DNA from: an uncultured archaeon
GTDB lineage: Archaea; Micrarchaeota; Micrarchaeia; Micrarchaeales; CABMGC01
Direction: 5' to 3'
Length of the DNA stretch: 64,000 nucleotides
Assembly (NCBI GenBank): GCA_963729635.1
Contig: CAVSOP010000006.1
Location: 27,283 to 91,282, forward strand
Translations under genes and position numbers: made by a program
Part shown: piece by piece, positions 28,280 through 39,925 of the stretch
How positions within the stretch are numbered: position 1 is the first letter of the stretch
How the letters are laid out: each line of letters starts with the position of its first letter
The notes under the pieces: generated by a model
What the model was told of the DNA's origin: nothing
The model's input: only the letters and a program-made list of their open reading frames with translations
The model's database searches: none

Positions 28280-30640
28280 TCATAGCGTCATCTGGTCCAG
28301 GTGGTCGCAGTCTATCAGCTTCAGGTAGTTGTAGTCTATCCCCAGCTTCAGCGTCTCCGCGTCATTCCCGAAGGACGCGTAGAGACCGTTGACGAACTCC
28401 TGCTTCCTCGTCTCGTCGAGGAAGACCAGGAAGGACCTCGACTCGCCCGATATCGTGACCTTCTTGGGCTTCGACCCGGTCGAGTAGACGAAGACGCTGC
28501 CCTGCTTCCCCTCCTTGGTTATCGTCAGGTCCACGGCCTGCTCCATGTCTATGTCCGTGAAGAGTATCGAGTGCACTACGCAGTAGTCCCTCAGCTTCCT
28601 GAATATGAGCAGGTACTCGACGTCGTGCTTCGAGGCGTCCACCCACGCCTTCGGCGCGTAGTAGTTCAAGGCGCTCGACCAGGTCGCCCTTTGCGGCGAG
28701 CTGCGAGAGGATCGCGTCGGCGTTCTGGGTGGTGACCGAGACGGGCATGTTGTTTATCCTTATGTTGCTGTTTATCCCGAGCCTGACCTCCTCCACGCTG
28801 AGGGGCATGTACTTCCAGTGGTAATAGTAGTTGATCTTGTCGAAGACCCCCAGGACCGAACCCGACGGCACGCCCACCTTGTCCTTCTTGAGTGGGGGGA
28901 ACTCGGGCACATCTATGTAGTACTCGTCCCTCGTCGGCGGCTTGAGTATGAAGTTAAGTAGGACCACGACCACTATCGCCACCGCGAACTCAAGGTCTAT
29001 CGCGGGCACGTAGAATATGGTCTGCACGTACTGCTCGGGTATCAGGTAGCGTTGCCGAAGAGGGCGATGGTGAACTCGTGGCTTCCATAGTTTATCGCGC
29101 CCTCGCGGCACGCGGTACGCGATGGTGCCGTTGCTGACCGTGCCGTTGGCCTCGTAGGCACCGTCGAGGCTTATCGCGTACGACGCGTTCGAGACGGGGA
29201 GCCCGTTGCTGTAGACGCTGAAAGCGAACGTCCCGTTCTTGAAGTCCGCTGACGGTCAGGGTTATCGTCGCGTTCGCGAGGTAGAAGAAGGACTCCGCGT
29301 AGTAGCGGTTGGAGAAGTCCTTCAGCGCGAGTATGTAGTAGCCGCTGGGCAGCGAGAAGGTCGGGGTCACCTCCTACCAGGGAGCCGGACGGGACCGAGC
29401 CCGTGCCTATCCTTATCGACTTGACTATCTGGCTCATGTTCCTGTCGTAGACGTCGATGTGCAGCTGCACGCTCGTGCTGGTCTTGCTGACTCGCCGAGA
29501 CGGTTATGCTGGCCACCTGGCCCTCCCCTATGACCGCGGGCGCGTCTACGGTGCCGTTCCAGGCGTACCCGTTCCTGAAGGAGAGCTCGACGGTGTCGCT
29601 GTGGCGGGGGTTCCTGAAGACGACCGTAACCAGCGAGTAGCTGGCGTTCACCGCCGCGGCCTTGGCGTAGGAGGTGTTCGAGACGCGACCCGGTGACGTT
29701 CGCGAAGACGCCGAAGCCGCCGCTCGCCGGCGGCGCGGTGACTGAAGCCGCCCGAGCCATGCGCCGATCTCGGGTATCCAGAACCTCGAGTCTATCACCT
29801 TGGCGATGTCCCTGGCCATGTTGGACGCGTTGTTCCAGGCGGACGTCGGGTAGTTGGGGAACGCTATCATGGTGCCGTTCTCTGGAGTTCACGTAGGTCG
29901 CGTTGCCGTACTCTGACCCGTACGCGAACTGGAAGGCCGGGCCCCTGAAGCTGAGGTTCTCGGGCGTTGAAGGCCACCTTGGCGTCGGCTAGTGAAGGGG
30001 GCGGGTGAGAGGTTGTACTGGGTGAGCATCGCGCTCGTGGAGTGGCGAGGCGGAGAAGGTGACGCCGTCCTACCTTATCTCGCTCGACAGGTTCCTGCCT
30101 GTGTATATCACCGTGTCGCCCTGGTCGAGCATCCTGAAGAGCGTGGCGCCCGTGCTGTTCGCGAGGGGCAGGGGCAGCTCCCCGGACGGGATTACGACTA
30201 TCGATCCCGGCGGGATCAGGCTGGCGTTGAGCAGGCCGACGTACGTGAAGCCGCTCGCGTTGAGCAGGCCGTAGGCGCCCGAGGTCCGAGACCAAGTCGG
30301 CCCTGAGCGCGGCCTCGCTGAAGCACGACAGGCAGTAGGTGCTGACGTTAAGCAGGTATATCCTCTGGCATGGGGTTCTTCGTGTAGGCGTCGAGGGTGA
30401 CGGTCGCGTTGGTCGCGTTCACGAGGCGGTAGGAGATCAGGGAGTAGATGGCGATTCCGTGCGAATTGTTGTAGAACATCGCCCTGCTCGCGTTGATGCT
30501 CACGCTCGCGGAGATGGTGCCCAGGGCCGTCTGGTTCACCGGCGCCCTTATGTGGCCGACTGCCGCCCAGACGTAGATGAACAGAGCTAGGATAAGCACC
30601 GCAAAGACCGCGGCGGCAATTAGATATTTTTGTATCTCAT
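28280..30640 (-). CDS. Large membrane-anchored, sequon-rich (NxS/T) uncharacterised protein, many apparent frameshifts
   Basis: Pieces lie in ORFs 30348..30599, 29867..30295, 29367..29870, 29171..29470, 29092..29370, 28362..29111 and 28280..28669. N-terminal anchor LIAAAVFAVLILALFIYVW. A second TM AIDLEFAVAIVVVVLLNFIL precedes an about 230-aa C-terminal domain. The ATG at 30640 needs a 1-nt correction in an A-run. Confidence 0.4.
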
Positions 30641-30656
30641 TCGCATCCCGAACGCA

Positions 30657-30809
30657 CTAGCCTCCCGCCTTCGCCCTCTTCGCTATCCACTTGTCGACGA
30701 AGGAGGCGAGCGCCTTGGACAGGGGATTCACGTTCTCGTTTATCCTCTTCAGTACGCCGAAGACCTTGACGTAGTGGTACTTCTTGTTGACAGTGACGTC
30801 GTACTTCAT
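30657..30809 (-). CDS. Small basic protein (50 aa), translationally coupled
   Basis: MKYDVTVNKKYHYVKVFGVLKRINENVNPLSKALASFVDKWIAKRAKAGG (my own translation; below the ORF-track length cut-off). The ATG overlaps the upstream stop (TGATG). Confidence 0.4.
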   Translation of the reverse strand: MKYDVTVNKKYHYVKVFGVLKRINENVNPLSKALASFVDKWIAKRAKAGG

Positions 30810-31935
30810 CAGATCAACCCTTCAGCTCCAGGTAGCCCAGGGACACCATCTTGTCCAGGATCTGCTCGATCCTCGGCTCCGGCACCTTGTAGGTCTTGGA
30901 GAACTCGCCCGACGTCTATGGAGCTGGAGTGCACCTCTATCCAGTCCTGGACCATCGCCATGAGCGCCTCGTCGGAGTAGGTCTGCAGGGACCTGAGCTG
31001 CTCGACGAGCGACTTGTTCTCCTCGTTGAGCTGGCCGGTCTGGATCGTGAGGTTCCTGTTGGCGATGCCGAGCTCCTGGGAGAGCTTCTTGAGCTCGGTG
31101 TACTCGCCGAACATGGCGTCGTACTTGTTGAAGAGCGAGCTGTAGTCCTGGGACATGCCCCCGACGAGGTTGTCGACGACGGAGTCTATGTACTGGAAGA
31201 GCTTCACCTCGTCCACGTGGAAGCTGTCGGCCATTATCGAGAGCACGGAGGCGAAGTTCTTTATGATGACGGCCCTGCGGAGCCTGTCGCTGCTGCCGGG
31301 TATTATCGAGTAGGTGACCGAGACGCGTCGGGCTTCACGGTTATTATGTAGAAGAGGAAGGGCTTCTTGTGGAGGTTCACGTTCTCGACCCTCACTATGT
31401 CGAGCTTGCCCTCGCCCTCCTGGAACGAGTAGAACTGCAGCTGCGAAACCTTGCGCCTTTATGTCCTCGAAGGTCCCCGTGAGCTTCCCGGCGAACTCGA
31501 CCTGCTCGATCTTGGGCTCTACCTCGACCTCGTCCTCCACGCTCTCACGACGGCTATAACCATTAAACCTATTTATTGGTTGTGATGGCGCCCTCGAGGC
31601 GTCTATCTTGGGGATGTAGCTCATCAGCGAGAAGAGGTAGACCACGGCGAGCACGAGGAACGAGACCAGCACAGTGAGGGCACGGGGCGACAGCACCAGG
31701 CTGACGACGACGAAGATAATCGCCCAGCGCCAGGTAGAGCCTCTGCCTGGACTCGTAGGAGCCCCTCCTCTTCTTGTACTCGGGGTAGCAGTCCCTGCAG
31801 ACGACCAGGCGGTTCCCCTTCTCGTCCTTGGTGACGTTCCTCTTGAACCACCTGAGCGCGCCGAGGACGCTGGTCCTCCTTCACGGCTATGCCCTTCCTC
31901 TCCTTCCCGCACATCATGCAATAGCTATTGGCCAT
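30809..31935 (-). CDS. Zinc-ribbon / TM / coiled-coil / C-terminal wHTH-like protein, apparent frameshifts
   Basis: MANSYCMMCGKERKG...VVCRDCYPEY (two CxxC pairs), TM IIFVVVSLVLSP...LVLAVVYLF, coiled-coil ELKKLSQELGIANRNLTIQTGQLNEENKSLVEQLRSLQ, and tail VPEPRIEQILDKMVSLGYLELKG after frame correction. Confidence 0.45.
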
Positions 31936-31944
31936 CTGACCACG

Positions 31945-32277
31945 CTACTCCACGTATATCTCGACTATCCTGCCGTAGGCGCTCTTTATCCTCTCCTCGT
32001 CCAGCATGTTGAAGACGCTCGAGATGGTTATGTCGTCTATGCCTATCCTCCTGAGGACGTTCGCTATGCTCTCCGACTTGAGGCCGAGCCTCTGGAGCAT
32101 GCCCGCGAAGGCGACGGCGTTGACGTGCCTGTGCATCTTGTTCAGGTTGGCCAGGAGCTCGTCTATGCTCTTCTCGCTCAGCTGCAGCACGGTAAGCATG
32201 CGCTTCAGCGCGATCCTGTTCACGGTGAAAGTCGATCCCAGACGAAGACCCCTGTCCCTACATATGTTTGACCGCAA
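31945..32277 (-). CDS. Hypothetical small protein
   Basis: ORF of 110 aa. The likely start is the internal M (MLTVLQLSEKSIDELLANL). No family recognised. Confidence 0.35.
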   Translation of the reverse strand: MRSNICRDRGLRLGSTFTVNRIALKRMLTVLQLSEKSIDELLANLNKMHRHVNAVAFAGMLQRLGLKSESIANVLRRIGIDDITISSVFNMLDEERIKSAYGRIVEIYVE

Positions 32278-32356
32278 AGTTTGATATTCCTTACACTGGG
32301 CGGGCGCGGAACAAAAAATTATATAGCCTCGCAGTGCATACTGCTAAGGCAATTGC

Positions 32357-32781
32357 ATGGCCGCCAACGATATGAAGGATCACGTTATAGTCTGCGGTTA
32401 CGGGCTCGTCGGCGAGAACGTCGTCGACATACTGCTGCAGCACGGCATCAAGGTGCTCGTGATCGACCAGAACGAGAAGACGGTCAGGCTCCTGAACGAG
32501 AAGGGCGTGCCCGCGATGGAGGGCGACGCCACCTCGGCGAAGATCCTCAGGGCCGCTGGGATCGAGAGGGCGAGGGCCATAGCCATCGCGATGGACGACG
32601 ACGCGAAGAACCTCTTCGCGTCATCACGGCGAGGAGCCTCAACGGCAGGATAATCATAGCGACCAGGGCGAACGACGAGCTGCTCAAGGAGAAGCTCAAG
32701 GAGGCGGGCGCGGGATTCGTCGCTACGCCCAACAAGTCCGCCAGCGACGAGCTTTTCAAGGAGCTGGTGAAGGGAGTTTGA
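32357..32781 (+). CDS. TrkA-N/RCK NAD-binding domain protein, one apparent frameshift
   Basis: HVIVCGYGLVGENVVDILLQHGIKVLVIDQNEK (GxGxxG Rossmann). It continues in the frame of ORF 32281..32781. TATA-like AAAAATTATATAG lies about 30-40 nt upstream. Confidence 0.75.
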
Positions 32782-32794
32782 TGGCGGGTGCGCG

Positions 32795-33575
32795 ATGCAG
32801 AACGAGGACACCTTCAGCGTGATGGCGCTTACGCTACTCGTAGTGGCGGCGGTGCTGCTCGTCTCCGTCGTGATCCTCTGGATCTTCACCAACGACCCGT
32901 ACCTGGACGCCTACTACGTGCTCGAGACCTTCTTCGACGTCCAGAACACCTCCGCGGCCTCGAGCCTCGCGCTCATAGCATTCGCGCCGGGAGCGGCGAG
33001 CCTCTACTACGTGCTCGCGGTGGTGGTGGCCGACAACCTGAGCAGGCTGCTCATAGTGAGCTTCATACTCGCGGCGGTGATCGACCTGCTGGAGTTCGCC
33101 AACGTTGAGGAGTTCATAAACGAGTTCAAGGCCCGCGCGCTCAGGGACCACGTCATACTCTGCGGCTACAACGACATGTCCAGGTCCCTGATAAAGAAGC
33201 TGAGGGGCGCGAGGATGTCCTACATGGTCCTGACCTCGGACAGGAAGGAGAACCAGCAGCTCAACGAGGGCAAGACGCTGAACCTCTTCGGCGAGAGCGC
33301 GGATCTCGAGACGTGCTGAAGAAGGCGGGGATAGGGAACGCCCGCGCCGATAGTGTTCACCTCGGAGGACTCGATGCGAGAACGTCATGAGCGCGCTGAC
33401 CGCTAGGAGGAGCAGCGGCAGGGTGAAGATAATGAGCAGGCTCGGCGACGAGCACGTGAGGAGGAAGGTCTACGGCATAGGGGTGAACCTCGCGGTGATA
33501 CCCGAGCAGCTGGCGGGCCTGGAGATGGGCGAGTACATATCTGAAGGTATTGGGTGCTTGAGATGGTGCAGATAA
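32795..33575 (+). CDS. Membrane protein with C-terminal RCK/TrkA-N domain (K+ channel-like), apparent frameshifts
   Basis: N-terminal TM spans (LTLLVVAAVLLVSVVILWIF, LYYVLAVVVADNL), then HVILCGYNDMSRSLIKKL. The C-terminus lies in ORF 33387..33575. Confidence 0.6.
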
Positions 33576-34304
33576 GAGCGATACAGGTCATGGCCGCGGT
33601 GCGCGATAATCGTCACGCTCGTGGTGTCGACGGCGCTGGTGATGCTGGACAACTTCGGCTTCTTCCCGCGCGGTGCTCTTCAGCTTCCTCAACATCATAG
33701 GCGCGACCTTCCCGCCGAGCCTGGGCCTCGTCGACACGAAGAACCCCCTCGTCCTCACCGCCGTTGCGCTGGGAACCCTGGGCAACCTGGCCTTCACGAT
33801 CATGTTCACCACGATACTCTACCAGATCCTCAGCGGCATGGACCTGAAGTACTTCTTCTCCAGGCAGAGGATAAGGAGGGTCACGAAGCACGTGATCATG
33901 ACGCCCATCAACGGCATAGGGCTGGAGCTGGCAGGAGGCTCGCGAGCAGGAAGATAGGCACCGTCTTCATAGACCAGAACAGGCAGCTGGTGAGGAAGAC
34001 CATCAGGGAGGGGTTCATGGCGCTTCACGGCAACCCCGCCGTCCAGGAGGCGCTCGCTGCGGCGCGCGATCTCCAACGCGATAGCCGTCTTCGCCCTGGG
34101 CGAGCAGCGACGTGGAGAACACGTTCATAACGATGGCCGCCAGGAAGGCGAACGGCAAGGCGCTGGTCGATTCCCAGGATAGGCAGGCTCGAGGACCTGT
34201 CCAAGATGAAGCGCGCCGGGGCGAAGAGGGTGATCCAGCCCGAGGCCGCGGTCGGGGAGGAGATGGGCGACTTCCTGCTCTCCGGGGCGCAGGCCGCGGA
34301 GTGA
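33563..34304 (+). CDS. Membrane protein with C-terminal RCK/TrkA-N domain (K+ channel-like), apparent frameshifts
   Basis: TM spans in ORFs 33621/33673 (VLFSFLNIIGATFPPSLG, LTAVALGTLGNLAFTIMFTTILY), then HVIMTPINGIGLELA and a TrkA-like tail in other frames. Confidence 0.55.
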
Positions 34305-34409
34305 TGCCGCCCTTTCGTGAACTGGCTGCTGCCTTTCGGTGGCGCCGCGGCGGGCGCCGACTCCATGAAAGGTTTAAATCTTTTTAATAATGATGAAGAT
34401 GAGTGTATC

Positions 34410-35604
34410 ATGGCCGGCCAGAACATAACCACAAGCATCGACGCGCTCATGAAGTACCTGAGCGAGCACGGCGAGACCGAGTCCGGCGAACTGGCCAAGG
34501 CGCTGAACGTCAACGAGAGCATAATCGAGACGTGGGCGGACGTGCTCGAGAAGGCCAAGATAACGAAGATCACCTACAAGGTCGGGAAGATGTACGTCTC
34601 CCTCGCCACGTCGGGGAAGGGCGGCACGAGACCGCGAAGGCGACGGCGGAGTTCAAGAAGGGCATAGCCGAGACGGAGCTGCAGGCGCAGGTCGTCGCGA
34701 TAAACCAGGTCGAGCGCCAAGATAGACCAGTTCAAGCAGTACGTGACCGGCGCCGAGGCGACGTTCAAGAGCAAGGCGGGCGAGACGAAGAGCACCCTCG
34801 AGGAGATAGACAAGCTCGACGCGCAGATCGGCGGCGCGCTACAAGAAGCTCAAGGAGAAGAAGGACTACGTCGACGGGCATGGTCGGGAAGCTCGACGAG
34901 AGCATGCAGACCCTCGAGCAGAAGTCGGGCGAGCCTGGCTGCGGTGAGCTCTGGCGGGGACGCGAAGGCGCTGGTCGACGACATACGCGCCAAGCTCGAG
35001 AACGCCGACTCCATGATAGCGGGCCTCGAGCAAGGAGTTCGACAGGGCCGATGGGGGAGAGCAGGAAGAGCTTCACCGAGCTCGTGGACGGCATGAAGAA
35101 GCGAGAGCGGCGCGCTGAGGAGGCTGCTCTTCCAGCACGAGAAGGAGATGGGAGGAGTACGACGCCATGGCGAAGGCGTACGGCCGCGAGCTGGAGAAGA
35201 CCAGGAGGCAGGTCGCGGGCGAGAGGGAGAAGATGCTCGACGACATCGCCAAGACCTCCGTACGAGGTCGGCAAGGTCTACGCCGTCGCAGACGGGCAGA
35301 TAGACGCTCTGAGGAAGAGCCTGGCGGAGATGAAGAAGCGAGTTCGGCGGGCTTCGCGGAGCTGAGCGACAAGATCGCCAAGGTCAAGGCGGAGATAGCG
35401 GACGTCGAGAAGCAGAGGGACGCCATCGCGAAGGAGCTCGGCGACCTGACGATACAGCTGAGGGCGCTGTTCGACGCTCGAGGACATGACCGGCAAGAGC
35501 CGCGAGGCGGAGGAGATCGACAGGAAGGTCTCCGCATCGGGCAAGAAGATCGGCAGGCTGGACTCGAAGCATGGACGAGCATAAAGGAGGAATGGACGAC
35601 ATAG
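34410..35604 (+). CDS. wHTH plus long coiled-coil protein heading the pilus-assembly gene set, many apparent frameshifts
   Basis: MAGQNITTSIDALMKYLSEHGETESGELAKALNVNESIIETWADVLEKAKI (wHTH-like), then heptad-rich segments spread over ORFs 34403, 34743 and 35167. TATA-like TTTAAATC/TTTTTAATAA lies 20-40 nt upstream. Confidence 0.5.
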
Positions 35605-35608
35605 GCAG

Positions 35609-37139
35609 ATGATCGATTGGACGACGCGCAAGCAGCGTGACACGGGAAAGGAGTACGCTTCGTACGAGCTTGACGCGCACGGCCTGAAGGTCAAGGTCAG
35701 GATAATCGACAAGGGCGACTTCGCGCCGATATACGAGGTGACGACCCCGGGCCTCGGGGAGGCGACCAAGGTGCTGATGATCTCGCTCAGGCAGTCGCTC
35801 CTGTCCATGGTCCCGATAGACCCGTCCAGGATCGAGGACAAGGAGTACGTCGACGAGCTCATACACAGGTACGAGGACGCCTCCGAGATAGTCATAGAGA
35901 GGTACCTCCCGGGCTCGTCCGAGGAGACGAAGAAGGTGCTGATCGCCTACGTGATAAACGTCATGCTCGGGCCTCGGCGACCTCGAGGCCCCGCTCGCCG
36001 ACGAGAACCTCGAGGAGATAGCGGTCAACACGTCCAAGGAGCCGGTGTGGGTCTACCACAAGAAGTTCGGCTGGTGCAAGACGAACCTCACGATAGCCGA
36101 CGAGACGATAATATACGACAACGCCGAGCAGATAGGCAGGAGGGTGGGCAGGCAGATAACGAGCCTGACCCCGCTCATGGACGCCGAGCTGCCGGACGGG
36201 TCGAGGGTCAACGCGACGCTGTACCCGATATCGCAGAAGGGCAACACCATAACCATAAGGAAGTTCGGGAAGAACCCGTGGACCATGACCGCGATGATAG
36301 CCAACCAGCACGCTCTCCGCCAGAGATGGCGTCGCTGGTGTGGCTCTGCATCGAGAACGAGATAAGCCTGCTGATATCGGGGGGCACGGCGAGCGGGAAG
36401 ACGAGCTTCCTCAACGCGATGAGCATATTCATGCCTGCGAACCGCAGGATAATCTCGGTCGAGGAGACGAGGGAGCTCACGCTTCCCGAGCTTCCTGCAC
36501 TGGCTGCCGATGCTGACGAGGCAGCCGAACCCCGAGGGCAAGGGGGAGGTCACGCTCTACGACCTCATGATAAACTCGCTCAGGCAGAGGCCGGACATAA
36601 TGCTCGTGGGGGAGGTCAGGATAAAGAAGGACGCCGAGACGCTCTTCGAGGCGATACACACCGGGCACGCGGTCTACGGGACGGTCCACGCGGACAGCGC
36701 GCAGGACACGGTCATAAGGATGACGAACCCGCCCATAGAGGTGCCCAAGCTGATGATGAACGCCTTCGGCGGGGTCCTCACCTCTTCAGGCACAGGAGGC
36801 TCGGGATAAGGAGGGTGCTCGAGTTCGGGGAGATGAACCGGGAGGGCGACATAAACGTCGTGTACAGGTGGGACATGCGCAACGACACGTTCTCGCACAT
36901 ATCCGAGATAGCGAGGCTCAGCGAGATGATATCGCTCTACGGCGGATTCACCAGGGCGGAGCTGCTGAAGGACATAGACGAGAAGAGCAAGGTGCTCGAC
37001 TGGATGGTCAAGAACAACATGGTGGACGTCGACGACGCGGGATTCGTCATGGCCAACTACTACAAGAACAGGGAGAAGGTGATGGACATAGTGCGACAAG
37101 GACCTGCCCTACTCGCGCGAGCTGATGGAGAAGGTGTAG
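35609..37139 (+). CDS. Type II/IV secretion family ATPase (archaeal PilB/FlaI/GspE-VirB11 class), about 5 apparent frameshifts
   Basis: LEEIAVNTSKEPVWVYHKKFGW, RVNATLYPISQKGNTITIRKF, Walker A LISGGTASGKTSFLNA, RIISVEETRELTL, RQRPDIMLVGEVR (Walker B/Asp box), HTGHAVYGTVHA (His box). Confidence 0.88.
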
Positions 37140-37141
37140 GA

Positions 37142-37836
37142 GTGGCGGACGGGACCGACTACGAGAAGGCCGTCTCCCTTATAGGGACGCGGCGCGCCGC
37201 AGGCGGGGCCGGGCCAGGTCGCGATAGACCTGGACGACCGTGCTCTCCGACAAGATAGGCATAAGGCGCGTCGATTACTCCGAGGTCGAGCGGCCTCCTG
37301 GAGAGCCTCGAGGCCAAGAAGGCGGAGCGAGGCGGGCGAGACCACGTCCAAGCAGAGGGTTCAGAAGAACGTTGAGCTGGGGAAGGCGCATCATCGGCAA
37401 GGGCGTCTCCGGGGCGGAGACGGGGTTCGGCAGGGCGGCGTCGCTGCTCGGGAAGGAGTTCGGGGAATCGTCGAGGGGCAGTGCCATAGCCGCGAGGCGC
37501 CGCAAGGGGGCTGGGCCGCGCGGCGAGATCCGTGGAGAGGGAGTTCGCCGAGGCGGTGAAGCAGGGACCGCCGGAAGGTCGGGCGAACGGGCCTGGTGCT
37601 GCCGAGGCTCTCGCTGCAGGACCAGCTCTCCGAGCTGGAGAAGATCGAGGCTGGGCTCGACAGGGGCGCGTTCAGCGCGGACCAGAAGAGGACGATAATG
37701 AGCGAGATAGTCGGGCCTGGACGCGGCCGCCGCAAAGGAGGGCGCCGTCCGAGGCGCGGCGGAGGACCAGAAGGAGCTCGTCGCCCTCAGGGCCAGGAGG
37801 ATAAGGGATATAAAGGGCAAGCTGAACATCAAATAG
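37142..37836 (+). CDS. Hypothetical charged protein between pilus ATPase and platform genes, apparent frameshifts
   Basis: GTG start 3 nt after the pilB stop. The readable tail is LSLQDQLSELEKIEAGLDRGAFSADQKRTIMSEIVG...LVALRARRIRDIKGKLNIK. No family recognised. Confidence 0.3.
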
Positions 37837-37850
37837 TGATAGTTGGTCCG

Positions 37851-38910
37851 ATGAGTTTGTTTGGAGGGAAGAAATCTGGGAAAGGTACCGGGGCCGCAGC
37901 AGGCCGGCATCGCCGGCTTCACGAAGCCCAAGAAGTTCCTGTTCTTCAAGATCAAGCCCAGGCCCGTCTTCGCCGCGCGGCCAAGGCGGCCCGGAGGCGC
38001 CCGCTGCGGCGCCTTCTGACAAGGCCGGCGGGCCGGCCCGATGTCATAAACTACAAGAGACCCGACAAGCTCGCAGATGTACTTCATGAGCGTGGCCGCG
38101 AAGCAGAAGAACCTGGAGGACGCGCTAAGGGCCCGCGGGATAAAGGAGGCGCCGTACGAGTTCGTAAAGAAGATGTTCACCTACGCGCTGATCGTGGCCG
38201 CGGTGATGGTGGTGGCGTTCGCGGTGCTGCTCTCCACTTCGGCATGGGCACCGACGGGGTGATCCTCGCTCGCTGCGATGCTCGGGGTCGCGATCTTCCA
38301 GGCGCTCTTCAACAAGTTCGTGAGGTACCCGCTCGACAGGAGCAAGGCCGAGGGGACCGAACATAGAGAAGGACATACTCTTCGCCGCGAGGGACCTCGT
38401 CATAAGCATGAGGTCGGGCATGCCGCTCTTCAACGCCATGGCTACGGTGAGCAGCGGCTACGGCGCGGCGAGCAAGGAGTTCGGGAAGGTCGTCGAGCTC
38501 ATCCAGCTGGGCACCCCCGCGGAGCAGGCGATAGACGACGTGAGCGGCAAGAGCCAGTCGAAGACGTTCAAGAGGATCATGCTCCAGGCGAGCGTCAGCA
38601 TAAGGGTGGGCGCGGACGTCGCGGGGGCCCTGCAGGGGGTCGTCGACGAGGTCACGCAGGAGAGGATAATAGAGCTCAGGAGGTACGGGCAGAGGCTCAA
38701 CGTGCTCTCCATGTTCTACATGCTCTTCGGCGTCATATTCCCCAGCATGGGCGTGGCGGTCGCTGGTGATACTCACCACGTTCGTGAACGTCTTCACGGT
38801 GGACGATCACGACGCTCATATTCGTGCTAGTGGGCATCTTCTTCCTGCAGGTAATATTCCTGAACGATGATGCGAAGCTCGAGGCCGGTCTTCGCGATGT
38901 GATGCGATGA
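37851..38910 (+). CDS. PilC/FlaJ/TadC-type platform protein, first half (one T2SSF-like domain), apparent frameshifts
   Basis: KDILFAARDLVISMRSGMPLFNAMATVSSGYGAASKEFGKVVELIQLGTPAEQAIDD...IELRRYGQRLNVLSMFYMLFGVIFP is a typical T2SSF domain pattern. The stop overlaps the next ATG (ATGCGATGA). Confidence 0.65.
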
Positions 38911-39903
38911 AGATAGATTTCGAGAGACTGGTATCCAGGGGCGTGGCGAACTTCCTCGCCAGGGAGCTGAAGCTCTCCGGGTCGAAGATGAAGGTCGAGC
39001 GCTTCCTTGAGATCGCGATACTCGGCGGCTTCGCGCTCTTCATCGTGGTGCCCTTCCTGCTTCTACCTCGTCCGGCAGCTGAGCGCGGGGGTAGCGACCA
39101 TAGCCGCGTTCGGCGCGACGGCGATATACGAGGTGCTCCTCTACGCCATGCTCGAGTTCAAGATAGAGCAGAGGAAGTCCTTCGTGGAGAGCATACTCCC
39201 CGACTACCTGCAGCTCACCGCGGCGAACGTCAGGAGCGGCATAGCCCTGGACAAGGGCATGGTCCTCGCCGCCAGGCCGGAGTTCCTCTACTTCAGCGAC
39301 GACCTGAAGGAGATGACGAAGCAGCTCTACTCCGGGTAGCCCTCAGGAACGCGCTGCTCGAGCTCTCGGCGAGCTACAGGTCTCTGCAGCTGCAGCACAC
39401 GATAAGGATGATCATTGAGAGCATACAGTACGGCGGCGGGATGACCGACCTCCTGAACCAGATAGCCAAGGACATGAGGAACCAGAACATCGTCCAGAAG
39501 GAGATAGCCGGCCAGCTGTTCATGTATACGATCTTCATAGCCTTCGCCACGGTGGCGGGCGCGCCCGCGCTCTTCGCGCTGACCTCGCAGATGATCACCG
39601 TCACCGACACCATACTGGTCAGGCATACTCGCGCAGAACCCCGGCGGCCTGTCCAGCACGGGGATATCCTTCCTCAAGATCAGCGCGCCGCAGATAACGT
39701 CCGGCGAGTACTACGACTTCTCGCTCGTCGCCATCATAATGATGACCGCGCTCGGATCCTTCATCGTCAGCACGATATCCACGGGCTCCGCGTTCAAGGG
39801 CATTAAGTACCTGCCTTTCTTCATCATAGGCGGGCTGGCGGTGTTCTTCGTGGTCTCGATGCTCATAGGAGGGATCTTCACCTCGATAACCGGCGTGGGA
39901 TGA
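38907..39903 (+). CDS. PilC/FlaJ/TadC-type platform protein, second half (one T2SSF-like domain), apparent frameshifts
   Basis: ILPDYLQLTAANVRSGIALDKGMVLAARPEF...LQLQHTIRMIIESIQYGGGMTDLLNQIAKDMRNQNIVQKEIAGQLFMYTIFIAF, plus C-terminal TM spans. Confidence 0.65.
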
Positions 39904-39925
39904 GACGGGCAGAAGCAAGAGGAGG

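Noticed and set aside
34391-34461. AUGAUGA ... CUGA pair around the start of the wHTH/coiled-coil gene as a second C/D box sRNA.
   Set aside because: There is no D' box, only a poor C' box, no 12-nt spacing and no terminal stem. It overlaps the coding start and is probably chance.
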